A stretch of DNA of 64,000 nt, taken from Fimbriosthenelais zetlandica. Lineage: Eukaryota. The stretch is taken from contig OZ365118.1 of assembly GCA_977030845.1 (NCBI GenBank), positions 3,162,001-3,226,000 on the forward strand. Reading direction: 5' to 3'. The translations under genes and the position numbers were made by a program. Below are positions 48,801-61,800 of this stretch, piece by piece. The first letter of the stretch is position 1, and the number at the start of each line of letters is the position of its first letter. The notes under the pieces are model-generated. The model had not been told where the DNA came from and ran no database searches. It saw nothing but the letters and a program-made list of their open reading frames with translations.

Positions 48801-51776
48801 TGGCGTGTCAGTGTCACTTCTCCTCACTGATGGCGCTCTGCCGCCCAGGCGTTTCCCCTGAGTTTATCACTTCCCTATCAAGATGAGACAAAAATCTCAC
48901 CCGCCATATTTCTATCCCACATGCCAGTCTTGCCTGCTTCTAAATTCTGATACATTCATGCACTGATCGAGGCTTGTGTTCGGGTATTGTTGCCCGCTGC
49001 TGAGAATTACAGATTTTTCAGTGGCTATTTGTGAGGCATTTGTTATTAAACAGACCCTAATTATAGGGATTTCCTAATATGTAAACAAATGACCATCTAG
49101 GAAATTATATTAAAAATATTTTATAATACTGAAATCTTACATGATTTTCTGGACCAGCCCTCATTGAAATTTCAGTGATTTGAGTATATTTTCTCATGAT
49201 TTAATGTCTTCTTTCCCTCCATGTTCAGGGTAGGAATACTTCTTGACTTTGTGGCAGTGAGTTGTGGGTGGCTCGGGGAGGGATAAGGAGAGAGATTCGT
49301 TTGGCGGGGCATGAAATCATCTCACACAAGCCTCCAGCCACCTCTCACTTACAATTGATCGCTTGTCATGCGCGAGTTTCTCCCCAAGATTCATACTGAA
49401 AACCGAGTAAAATGATAACTTTATTCTCATGAAACTATAATCGGATAATCAGTATAAGTAACAGCAATGCAATGATAGGGTATGGCTTGGTATATGTAGG
49501 CCTACATGTATGTTGGTTGTGCTTGGGTTTGAATGATTTTTCTAAAATTTTATGATTGAGAAAATGTCATATTAGCTTATTCTCTCTCAAGAAAACCCAA
49601 TATCAGTCACAGGACAGGCGTGCAAATTGACCAATCCACTCGCCTCCCATTCTCCCTCCATTGAATTAGTGTAATGAAATTACATCAGACTTGATTTGAT
49701 GGATTCATTCTCTTCCCAAATGACTTCCTTGGCCCAAGTGATTATCAATCTGGACATGAGGACAGGCGAAAAACGAGCAGATTTAAAAGAGTCGGGGACT
49801 GTAACTGAAGACAAGGTAGAACTGTTTTTCCTATTGTCAGAAAAATTGCCGTTTAATGTTAAATAACGTGTCTGGGACCATGGAGACTTCGCCTGCCTTT
49901 GAAGTTCCTCGGGTTTCGTAAATATGTTTTTGTCCAGTTGTATTATTCTTCCCTTTCCAATAGGGATTCTCATTTTTTGTGAGAGATGAGGGTTGGGACC
50001 CATGTTCCCATTAATGCTGTGAATGTGTTCTTTATCCTGTATGAAAAGATCATCTCCTAAAAACTGATTTAGCAGTTCATTCTAAAACCTAATGCATCCT
50101 ATACAGATAGGCCACGGTTCAGTGTGCCTCACTGAAATTAATGCACTATACTGAATATTTTTAGGAGGAATATTTTTTTTTAATTGAAGCCACTTATGTA
50201 TGTAGATAGTATATATGGATGCCTCTTTTATATATAGGCCTACATTTTACCCATTAATGATTTCACTACCGACAATGTGAGGTACCATTGTCGAGCTATT
50301 ATATATATATCCCCGAGCATGGGAGATGGCCCTCCTCTTACCGCCCCACCTATTGATTACAGATGAAAAATAGCAGGACTTATCTTGGATAGGAAACAGG
50401 CGGGAGGAGCGGGCGTAAAATAATTGTATTTCTCCAGAGCACTGGCCCGTACTGAGCGATAATTGAGGAATCGTATTAGATATCACTTGGACGACTTCTG
50501 TATTCACGGCCCAGTCAGGGCTATTAGTGGGGAGAGGAATGTTACCGCCTGATATATGCTGCTTGCCATACTTGTGATAGTTATTTTTTTGGTAAGGGAG
50601 GCCCTTGTAAAAGATCTATAGGAGAGGAGATATAGGACTAAAGGCTTAAGATGAGGGTACTATAGCAAGCAAATATATGCCCTACTCTATACTTAAATAC
50701 ACCAGATTAACAAAGGATTAAAGAAGTATGATATATATTAATGTGTCATTAACATGCATGTTAATATATTGCAAAGCTGAGATGATCTCTGGTACACAAA
50801 ATGCCTGATCCACATCTGGAATTAAATTTCCGAAATGAAAATCCAGTTAATCTAATTTCTTAAGGATTAGTTATTGATAAGCATCTTCCCTTTATTGTAT
50901 ATCCTTCAGTGTTATCCCATATATCCCGTACAAACCTATGGTTGTACTACAAGGCTTGTACTATTTTGCTCTGTTCACGTAATTTTGCTGTGATTAGCCT
51001 TAACCGACCCCCCTCATTGTCCTGGATCGTATTATTAGACCTCCTATTATGACATTCAGCACATTATTAGTCTGCACTTTGCGGGATTGGTTTTTACCTT
51101 GTGTTAAGCGGTGAACACTTCCCTCGGAAATGTCTCCTCCAAAATTATCCCAGGTCACGACTAAATGTTCGCATCCTATTATTAATAGGACTCCAGTTCT
51201 AAATGGAGATGTACTTGCACCATCCCTGATAATGTTAACCTATTATTAGATGTTCCTCTATATTTTGTCTCGGGATCATTATAACCATTGAGATATTTAA
51301 CATTGTGAAAATGAATTTTTTAATCCTGAATGCTACTTTTACCTTGTTCACCTGAGGCTATATTTACAGTATGGGTTAGAGCTGAGTCCATCGCCCCTGC
51401 CTTAGGTGCGACTCCACTGCTGCGACAGCGCTTGCCACACTACAACGACAAAGGTGATGCAGGTGTACATAGAGCCCCCTTCAGCACCCCTCACACCGGA
51501 GGCCCACCTTGACTGGCCTATCTGTCACATGACATGCAATGAATGCTGGGAGGAGAAGGAGACAAGTGACCCTTCAGATTCAGAGTGTGAAGGTAGGGGG
51601 AGTTGGTTGTAGGTTGGGGGAGGCAGGGGCAGATCCAGCAATTTTCCAAGGGGGGGGGGGCGCCAGGTTTAGGGTTAACCCAAGGCTTAAAACCTGGGGT
51701 TAGGGATAGGGTCAGTTTAACCCTCAAAATATAGGGGCCCCTTCCCCCCCCCCCCCACCATCCTGAATCCACACCT

Positions 51777-51886
51777 GGGAGGGGGTGGCCTGGCTGTAGG
51801 TATATATGGGGGGTAGGGGGCCTGGCTATAGGTATATGGGGGGAGGGGGGGCCTAGCTATAGGTATATGGGGGGGGGGTGGCCTGG
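51777..51886. repeat. G-rich about 31-bp minisatellite x about 3.5
   Basis: Units of GGGGG(T)GGCCT(G/A)GCT(G/A)TAGGTATA(TA)TGGGGGG. Confidence 0.9.
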
Positions 51887-53516
51887 TGGTAGTAAAATGA
51901 CAGGGAAATGAGCACTATAAATCATACATGAGACACAACTGTGTAGGGAAACACCACTCCCGTCATACATACAGCCACACAGTAAATTGATTCCCTTTTT
52001 TGGCTGATTTCCCTCTGGATGATGTATATTCTGTGTAATCAAAACAAGATCTCCCCTACCTCCTGTCACCTTAATAAGCCAGCCTTGTCAGCTTCTCTTG
52101 CCAGCTTTAAAATATATTAAAAGTAAAAAAAAAAGTTGCTTTATCACAACTATATGTTATTTGTTCAGGAGGAAGAGATAAGTGTTTGGATAAAGAGTGG
52201 TGAAATGTTGGCCAAGTCTTGCTGGAGAAACCTGGCCGTCTGCTGGATTCCTCTCTCACGAGGACTGCGCATATTAAGTTACTTCCCTTCCCTCTATTCC
52301 CATTCCAGCATGCTCCTTCCCTCTTTGAAATAAGATATCTTTGATATCGAGTTCTATCTGGGAGGATCTTTGAGGAACCCGCCGGCCAATTTCTACCCTC
52401 CCTCTGCCAGGGCTGATAAGACTATCTCAGCAAAGTCGGGGAATGCTGGCAAGAAAAGGTAAAGGAGAAAAATATAATGATGAGAGCGGGATTAGAAGGG
52501 AGGGGACCAGCATTACAGATACATTATTCCCTTATACGCAGTTACAGGTCGATGGGGGACTAGTATAGGGAGTTTGTGGACTATACCTTGTCTATATACA
52601 AGTTATCTATCCTTTGATAATCTGATCATATGAAATATATACCCTGTCAATTAATATGGACATATTGAGGGTGATTTAGAGGGGGTGGTATAGGTGTGGT
52701 TTATACCTATACCCCTCACTGACAGCATCTTAGTTGGACTCAAGCATTGCATGTTTTACAATCTCTATACATCAGATAACAATCTGTGGCCTGATAAGCT
52801 GGTAGGGCGCCTGGATCTAGAAACAATCATGATAAAATGTCCCAGGCAACCTCCCAAATACAAGTACATTCCCTCCAGGAGGTGTGAAGAATGGCCATTC
52901 TTATATAGGTGGTAGAGAGGGGCACTGGAGGAACAAGCTTGCTGCTTAACCATGCTACCACCCAGCGCTTGGGATAACCAAGACAGAATATATGAATATA
53001 TGAATTTGCCGCGGCCTAACCTATTGATCAAAACTATTGGCTTATATACAAAAGCGGCACACCATTTTCTTCAGAAGATCTCCCCCAAGTATGAAGGAAG
53101 ACAATAAACAATTGTTGTTCTGGATGCACCTATCATATGATTCAGGCACGTAGACAAGGTTCAAAGGTATCCTTTATCATAAAGATTCAGATTTTCATTA
53201 AAAATAACTGATGAATAGTCGCTGTCGTTTTATATGCACACGTACCTGTCCTACTCATACACATACCTAGCTATCCAGTCTTTTGAGAGATTATTCTTGT
53301 ACCTCAGAAAGTGTGTTAAGCATTTCCATTTCTGAACATATATATTGATTGGCAAATCTGACACATTTAGTCATTGTTCTGCCCACCTTTGTTATAGTGT
53401 GCCTTTAATAAGCGAATGGGGATAACTCTTTGCAAAGATTTCTTCCACTGGTGAAACTAACATTGTAGGGGCACTCCTTGCAGTAATTCTACAGCTCTTT
53501 TTGAGAATGTATACCA

Positions 53517-53561
53517 ATTTACACCTCGTTTTAGAGTGTACACCTATTTACACCTCGTTTT
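53517..53561. repeat. Direct repeat ATTTACACCTCGTTTT, period 29 bp
   Basis: Identical 16-mers at 53517 and 53546. Confidence 0.85.
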
Positions 53562-53942
53562 CACAGTGTGCATTGATTGAGACAGTGAGATGAGTGGCAG
53601 GCTGGTGTAGGGGGGCAGGGTGGGTGTCAATGCTGGCGGCTAGCTGAGACTGGTCAGTTTGCCTTATAGCAATGCTAGGTCAATGGCGATATCATGTCAG
53701 AACCGGGACATGTCCACTACCAGCCCATGACTCACTCTCCACACCACTACCACCACTTATAAAGTTCACAAAGGTCAATTGATATCAAGGCTTCAAAGGC
53801 TACACGCCAACCTACTGACCCTATACTTAAACATGATGTCTGTGTCCAATTGAAAGTTGTGGTTGCTTCTAGGAGCAGAAATATATAAAATTTAAAATCC
53901 ACTATCAGGAAATAGCCTACATTTAAAGTCTTTATAAAACAT

Positions 53943-53980
53943 ATCTAGATGAAGATTTTTATATCAAAAATCTTCTAGAT
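53943..53980. repeat. Short AT-rich hairpin
   Basis: ATCTAGA(TGA)AGATTTTT ... AAAAATCTTCTAGAT: 15-bp stem with a 3-nt bulge. Confidence 0.6.
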
Positions 53981-55942
53981 GCCTAATGGATTATATCCTC
54001 TGAAGTCGCATATATGTTCGTTCCTGCAGCATGCAAGAAAGTAAAACAAAATATGGCAACTTTCAGTCTAGTTTTGTGGCAGTCTGTATTTGGATTCTTT
54101 GAATGACTTGACTTTAGAAAGGCAAACTTCGACTGTTGTAGGTCTACGACTTTGATCATTTCTTATAAATTTTAAAGGAATAATCATGAATCTGAATAGA
54201 GCGATGGATGAATAATGGAATGAATATATTGATAAACTAAAGGCAGCATCTTCAGGTTTTATCCCGCCTTGAAGGTATTCACATACAGACCTATACTGTT
54301 ACTACCAGGCTGATCTGTGGATTTTAAATCCTCAAAGTCGTCCGTATAAAGACCCAGTATAGGATTCAGCGTCTTATAAATAAGTTTAAATGCCACACCC
54401 TGCTTAAACCTGAGTAGACGGCCGTTTTTTGCTCCACAGATCATGTTTATAAAAGACCATCTGGCTTTTTAAACACTGGCCTTCTCAGACACAGGCACTA
54501 TATCCATTAGTAGTGCTGCAATATTTAAACTTTATTTCACATTTATATTTGATTCCGTCATCAAATTTCAGTTGATTGAATTCGTGGATTCGTTTCTTGT
54601 GGAATAATAAGTTTGGAGGGGATCTGAGCCATCCCTTAATGTTGTCATAAAAAGTTGGCTTTCACTAATCGGCCGTGGATGGGAATATATGGCCAGGTAT
54701 ATGGACGAGGGCTGAGAGAATTTTCCCCTAGATTTGTTCCCCTAATGAATGCTAAGAGGGGCTTAGAAATCTGCGTCCTGGGACTGAGCGATAATCGGAG
54801 TAGATTAAGGCATACATAATCCACCAGGAGCCACGAAAATGGTGATGAGGCGGCCATCCATACAATTCATCTTATCTGTGTCTGCACTTTGACGAGGCCA
54901 CATATAATCACTACCTTCACTACTCCGAATATTCCCATAACAAAGCAATGAAAACCCTCCTTAAACTATGTATTTGAGCACATTTCTCCTGTATCCACCA
55001 GCCTTGACATTTCATTATTTAACAGGAAAACATAGCAATTCAACTGTTATCATGCAGAAATTGGATGACTGATAATTATTATTATTACTACGGCCTTGGA
55101 TCGATTTAAGTTTGAGAGCTCGGTTTACATTGTAACATTTAGAAAGCTAACTTTGTTGTTGTAATATGTAGAACATTAAGTCGATCACGTCAAAGTCTCA
55201 TAATGTTATGTGAATATAGTCGATACATCATTATTAGTCAGCTTGGTATTCACCAAGGCCTTCTCCCATAAAACAGTACACAGCCAAGATGCGCATGCAC
55301 ACCAGCCCTCACACCAAGACTGTGTACACATATATTCTTTATCACCTCGTGAATATTCATTGAGAATAATCATGTCACTCTGCTCTTGGTTGCCTTTTTC
55401 TCTGCTCTTTACATATTTGCTCTATGAAATATGAAAAAACTGAGGCGACATATTTCAGTCACGTTTCCTATAGTTGGAATTGGGAGACGCCCACTGCCTT
55501 CTTCTATATTGCTTCAAAACTAATACAAATGGCAAGACTTGGGGCGAAATAAGGATAAAGGGACGTTATTTGGTATATTTTTGTACCATTTTAGTCTCGT
55601 ATAATAGCAAGAACTAAAATAGAAAATGAGTGATTTCTGTAGATGTGTAATGCATCAAGTATGAATATGAGCGTCAATAGATACAGAAAATGTTAGCCTC
55701 ATTCAAGCCCCAGTAATTCATCAGAATACATCTTCCCATTTACCATTGAGACCCATTAGTGACATGAGAGATGGAGAATGAAAAAGATATTAATCAATTC
55801 ATCATTTCCATAGTCGGGGCGCATTTGATATGCATGAGAAAGTACAGAACTCTGTATTTTAGTTTGTGAGTTGTGTATGGAAATGTGTCTGAGAATCAGG
55901 CGAAAAAAAGAGGTTAGGGACCGTGCCACTTTCACCTCTCTA

Positions 55943-56144
55943 GGAAGGGTAGCTTCGTTTGATGTCTGTCTACTTTGCGCTGTTTTCGTCTGAGTTATAT
56001 TAAACTAAATAATTGAACTTTAAGTCATCGGCCTCGGTTCTACAAAAAGTGTCTTTATTATATTAAGAAATAAAATAACATTATATAAGATGATAGAATA
56101 AAACTTCCTTTGAAAGCAAGCACCAGTACGTAGCTTTCCCTTCC
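55943..56144. mobile_element. Possible old MITE (imperfect inverted repeat around AT-rich core)
   Basis: GGAAGGGTAGCTTCGT (55943-55958) versus ACGTAGCTTTCCCTTCC (56128-56144), an imperfect inverted pair. No TSD identified. Confidence 0.3.
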
Positions 56145-56556
56145 CAGACGGTTTTAAATTTTAGACTTCCCTTTTATTATATAGTGCAGTTTTAGCAGAA
56201 ACTAAAGGGGGATATTGAAATAACCTAGATGGATAAAGTTAGCGGTCATTCTGTATATCCGTGCCAGCCTGCCATGCTGGCCGTGGATTACTTCTCAGCC
56301 TCTATGATTTATGGGATATAGGCTATAGCCTATCAGACTTCACACATCCATCATTCTCAAGTCAGGCTAGGAAAAAAAACTCTAACAAAGTTAAAGTTCT
56401 TGAATGCTTCAGCGTTGCACAAGGCGGAAACATACCAAGCTTTGTATATACACAGTATATATGTTGGTGACAATCATGTAGGTTATTTGATATATATGGA
56501 TTAGGCTGGGGATAAGCCTAGGACAGGCTACCTGTATATTGAATGTCTGAGTTCCT

Positions 56557-56588
56557 GCCTAGAGCCTGGAGTAGCCTAGAGCCTGGAG
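56557..56588. repeat. 17-bp tandem duplication GCCTAGAGCCTGGAG(TA)
   Basis: Read directly. Confidence 0.85.
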
Positions 56589-56994
56589 CACATCTAGTAA
56601 TGTGAGGCTTGTTGGAAGCTAAAAGGAGATAATCTGGTAAGAGGATTCAATGATGTCGACCGCTAGATTAGATAATGTCTAGACAAAGGTGAAAGTTCAT
56701 TCACTATCTCTGTCTACATCCTCCCACTGTGGGTCTACTTATACACCGCAATAGGCAGTTACCTAGAGCAGCACCAAGATTCAATCATACCATACCTAGC
56801 TACCAACTATCTAATGAAGAAAAGGAAGCAGGTTTTTCCTATTTAAGTTTGTGACTAAATAAAGAAAGCAAGAACGAAAATACATAAAGCAGGCCTTTAA
56901 ATCCCCATGCCTCTTAAACATGCCTCTTCTGCTCGTCCCATTCTCCAATAACTTCCAAATTCCGCCCCATGAATGGTCACAGGTCTTGTTATAC

Positions 56995-57140
56995 AAATGG
57001 CGCGGTAAACTACTTCCGGCGAATGGAAAGCCTCGTTCCCACACATTACAATGATTGACTTCCGGTGAGCTGACTTCCGGGAGGAATATATATGTGTGCG
57101 AGCATGCTGTACAAGACTGTCAAAACTGTGACGTCATATC
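56995..57140. promoter_or_regulatory. Promoter-like motif cluster (3x ETS, CRE, YY1-like)
   Basis: ACTTCCGG at 57012, 57058 and 57073 (same orientation); TGACGTCA 57129-36; AAATGGCG 56995-57002. Confidence 0.45.
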
Positions 57141-57799
57141 CGCGTCCTTTACCGGCCTGAGATTGTCTGGTGCCAGCTGAATTCACTGCCTCAGTCCAGG
57201 CACTCTTATTACAGCGGAAAATCATCAAAAATAATGACTTATTCCTGAAAGCAGGTCTGCTTTTGTTGCACAGATGCCTTTAGATAGAATATCCCAAGGC
57301 CATGAAAATTCATATCGAGAAAGCTTATAATGCTTCGAATAAGACCTGCTTAAAATCTTTAAAATATATTTTCCATAAAGGCACCGAATTCCATCCAGTC
57401 TTTCAGCCACTACCAAAATCAGTGAGACTGTAATATATCCAAAACCGTCCATCTTCATTAGATATTTAGTCCCGCTTTTGAAGTAGAAAGTATGTGTATT
57501 TCCTTAGAGACTGCCTTGAAAGGAGCCAAGTGTGACCAGACTGGGAAAGCTCTCTACTTTCTCTTCACTAACATCTCTCACCTTCCCCACGAATCTATGT
57601 GGAGGTGTTCACTTAAACTGCCTTCAAAGATATTCAAGTCGACTCTACCTCCCTAGTTTCTCATTTCAAAGTTCTTTTTTCCACACCAAGCGAGGCTCGA
57701 TAAAACACGAAGCTTCTCGAGTGATGGGGAGAAAGGAGCAGACCTGGACTAGCTCATTCGGGTCTTTCTGACCCGCAAGTATTAAGTTACCCTGGCCCA

Positions 57800-57975
57800 G
57801 TGTAGGGTGGATGGTTGGCCCGCGCGTCCTGCGCGTACTAGATGTGTCGCGCGTCGCGTTTCACGCCTGGGGAGCAGCTCACGGACGCTGGACGCGTCAC
57901 GTGGGAGCTGCTCAGTGAGGCGTGAACGGGCAATGTTACCAAGGACACAGGCGGACGTGATTAGATGGCACAGAG
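57800..57975. promoter_or_regulatory. CpG island-like segment, candidate transcription start region
   Basis: Densest CpG stretch in the window. E-box CACGTG 57898-903, Inr-like TCAGT 57912-16, followed by an A/C-rich UTR-like tract and a donor-like AAA|GTAAGA at 58192/58193. Confidence 0.45.
57857..57928. repeat. GC-rich imperfect inverted repeat (about 72-nt hairpin)
   Basis: TTCACGCCT (57860-68) / AGGCGTGAA (57918-26); GAGCAGCTC (57872-80) / GAGCTGCTC (57905-13); ACG/CGT and GACGC/GCGTC inner stems; 5-nt loop TGGAC. Confidence 0.85.
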
Positions 57976-58858
57976 ACGACGACAACAGACGAGACACTGA
58001 CATCAAATCTCAACTCAAAGCATTAAACATTCCACACTAACTTACCCACAAAATACCCATACACAAATCCCATTTAGTCCTCCCCATAATGATCCTAATA
58101 TACATTTTATAATTGATATCTAATGTTGCTATCTTGTACCCATCATGGGTTAATGGTCTGAGATAGGAATACCTTTGTATAAAGATGAGAAAGTAAGAGG
58201 CTGAGTGTTTTATTAGATGATGAAGGTCGAGTGACTCTAGTCTGTAAAGTGAATTAGCTTCATGTGTTAACGTTTCCATCTTTGATCCAGTATTAGAGGT
58301 CATTCCAAGGACAACTGGAAACATCAAAGACAAGAGAAGGTGCTTTAAGACAGCACCCGGGACAGATGATACCTATTATTGCTCCTTTGACACATATCGA
58401 TGTCAGGAAATAATTACATTTCTTTTCAAAGACACCTTTCCAGGAACTTTGTCACACAACATCGAAAGTACTAGACAAACAAGGCCCTATAGGCTTACCT
58501 TATTCTTGTAAATATATTGCTGTTCCTAAACTCAAACTTTACTGTTGATTTTGTTAATTGCCAAATATAAAACAACATTGTGGTGGTTGAAATTGCTGAT
58601 AGAATTAGGCCTTTTAGACCTAGGCCTACAGACTAATTTTTAGACCCAAGACCCCCAGGCCTTATGATTTCATCTATTACATATATATTGGATCTTCTAT
58701 ATCAAATATATCTTCTTTTTTGGGGTGTAAATTGTATAATACTATTATGTTCTATCAAGCATTCCCCAGTCTTATTTAATCTAACTAGTAGAGCCCTCCT
58801 CCAGTACACAAAACGGAGGAAACCTATTTATAAAGTGAATATCTCATATCCCCAGTGG

Positions 58859-58871
58859 TGCCACCTAGTGG
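58859..58871 (-). promoter_or_regulatory. CTCF consensus site
   Basis: TGCCACCTAGTGG; reverse complement CCACTAGGTGGCA fully matches CCASYAGRKGGCR. Confidence 0.45.
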
Positions 58872-61800
58872 ACGAGTAGAGAAACGAGTGGTTAATTTGG
58901 AGCTTTTCTGCTCCTGTAGGGGAATGTATGAGGCCTGGAGATGGCTGGGGAAATTAACACTGATGTTCACTACAAAGTAGGCCTATGTGTGCATTATAAT
59001 CTTCATAATCTATGATTTAGCCAACTAAGTTCAATCGCGGTACACAATCACAATCACAATCAAAGCAGTTTTGTTATTGTGAGCGTGGTTTGGCCGCTAT
59101 CTAGTGCTGCCACCTTGTGTGCTGCGAGTGAACTGAACTCCGCCGCGCCTTAACTTCAGCGAGAAGCCACCAGGTGCCAGCTCTGTTTCTCTGGCCGTCG
59201 CTTGGAATTTTTAAACGATGATTTCAGATCTATGAAAGCACCCAAATGAACCAAATTGACATTCGTCCGTAGATTTTCATGAATTCATCGCATGCAAAAG
59301 AACAGAGGAAAGCTGTCTGAAAACCTGTAGGCCTAAACGACGAGAGAAAGTTGTTGTGGGCGATAATAGAGGTGTTAAACAGTGTTAAAGGCCTGGGGGT
59401 CGGGTCGGGTCCCTGGATATTATAAGTTAACCAGGCGGCGCCGCCCTCGCGACCCATACGGCAAATTAAGGAACTATGGTTAGTTGACTTTCGACCCTAT
59501 GCGACTACCCCTCCACCGGCAAAAGCGGGAACTAACGCTAAGTTAAGGCCCATCGATGTCAACATAGTTTTAGGCCTGTGCACCGGACTGTGGCACTCAC
59601 AATCACGCCTCAATGCGCTAAGCTTAAAGGCTTAAAAAGCTTAAAACTTGTGTAAAATGTATGGAATCCTGTCAATATTCTACACTAATTAATGTTCATC
59701 AGGTTTGGGAAAGACATGAAAAAGATATGAAACTGAATTTTCAGATTTTGTGTATTGGAACCTTATGGTTATCACCGGTGCCATAATTAGCATTGAATCT
59801 ATTAAAAATACTATTAAATTAAATAAAACAAAATTATATCATTTCTTAATTTAGTCGGTAATTTGATATTTTCATAGGTGTGGTCGTTCTAGAGCTGCTC
59901 CTGGTCCCCTGGCCCACCGTCACTGCGGAACCACGCTTCACTGGTCACATGTCATATCAGATTCCACTTCCGGTTTGGCTCATTCGATACGGCCGCGACT
60001 TTCTCGCTCAATTTTGGTCAAAATGCGGCTTCAATCCAAGTGTCTCCAGTTAAAAGTGAGTATAACACAACCTTTATAGATCTGTGTTTCAGGAAAATGC
60101 ATTTTTAACCTGTGTTTAGGATGTTTCTCGGTGTTTTCGGTAAGTTTATCGCGCACAAACTAAGCGTCCTCCATGATTTTGGATCTTGCCAGTTGACACG
60201 ATGTCAATGATCATCAGTGGCGTCGTGGCCCGCAAGTTAAAACAAAACTAAATGTACTTGTATGCGCATATTATTTCATTGAAAACACATTTTTCTGAAT
60301 CCTCAGTAACTTCTTAATCGACCCACGAGTGTGAAGGGTTAGGTTTTCGTTTCAAACCAGTTGAGTGAAATGAATGATTAGTGCTATGATATGAATGATT
60401 CGTGCTATTGATGTAAAATTATGGTGGAAAATGGTCTGTACTCAAATACTTTCATGGGTACATTGAGGGTTAATATTTGTGTTCGACACTAGGTGGTGGC
60501 ACTTGTGAAAGCCTACAACTCGTAGACAAACTTGTGATAGAAAATGTGAACCTTAGGCCTACAGTTTAATTTGTAAACAATATGTGTATGTGTTTATGAT
60601 TTGGTTGGCCTGATCTCAGACATAACTCAATGAGTTGGTAATTTTTCTGAACTCATGTTGACAAATGAAATCTAGGTGAAATACCAGAATATTGTACTGG
60701 TTGTCTGGTTTTCTGTACTGGCCTCCCATGCTCCCTCTAGTGTAAATACTGGCAATCATTCATGAGTACCGTGTAAAGGTACTGTTTCTCATGTTAATCA
60801 GTAGGTGGTAGCACAGGCGTGCACCACTCGACTCTCACCATTGGATTTCTCTAGGGTATCCCCTCCCCTTTACTTAAAGTATCAAATTTACCCATCTATA
60901 TTTGAGTCCAAGTTTCATTTCATATCCTAAGTTATACATGAGCATTTCCATATCAAGTTGCACCACCGGTACAGTTCTGTACATTTATTTGTTTCTTACT
61001 CAGCAACAGGGGTTGTTCTTAGCATACATTGTAAACAATTTCACTCAGATTGGGGTTCATTCAGCTTAATATTTCTGTATTTTATAATGGTCAAAATTGT
61101 AAAATGAGCAGCAATATTTAGGCCTACCTCTGGCAATGTTACCGCCATATTCTGTGCCAGTTTCCTCCTGGTAGCATATAAAGGTAACTCTACCATGGTA
61201 ACACTATTTTACCTTGAAGGATGTCACAAAGCTTGTCCTACCATTCCTTCACCATTGATACAGCAGTATGTGACCCCAGCACCCCACCCACACTCCATCA
61301 CAATAAGATGCTCCCATGACAACACTCACAATCATTCCACACTGGTGGGGACTATTTATGTCAGTGGCATCAGTAGAAATCACCCCTTACTCCCCCTCCC
61401 CGTCCCCATACCCCTATCCCCGTCCCCCACCCACCAGCCCCACCCCACCTCAGTGCATCACATCACGAGTCACTAATTCCCCCTTCCCCTCCACAATTTG
61501 CGCGCATCGTTAAAGCTCACCCCTTCTCTCATCCACCAGTTAATTGATTTAATTTGAGTCCACTAGTTATTTTTCCCCCTCACCCCTTGCCCTACATCTG
61601 TCCTGACCAACAAGTTGCCACTACCACTTGTTGCCAGTCATTAGCAGAAAGTGCCCACAATTGAAGCCCTGGGAGCATATATTATTTTGTCACTAATATG
61701 TTCACACTCCTGAGCCTCTGACAGCCCCAGCTCTATCTCCCCGTCTTCCCTATTTTTCTTCAAAAACACAAATGAATATCTAGAGGCGTCGTACACTTAG

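Noticed and set aside
49680-50003. 107-aa minus-strand ORF with protein-like composition
   Set aside because: No known motif, no good flanking splice sites, and the opposite strand is similarly open.
51665-51722. TTAGGG-like motifs suggesting interstitial telomere
   Set aside because: Only scattered degenerate units, not a tandem array.
59600-60350. Segment with the texture of a non-autonomous DNA transposon (also about 8500-9050, 31860-32250, 34400-34800)
   Set aside because: Could not identify TIRs, TSDs or a second copy in the window; needs genome-wide repeat annotation.
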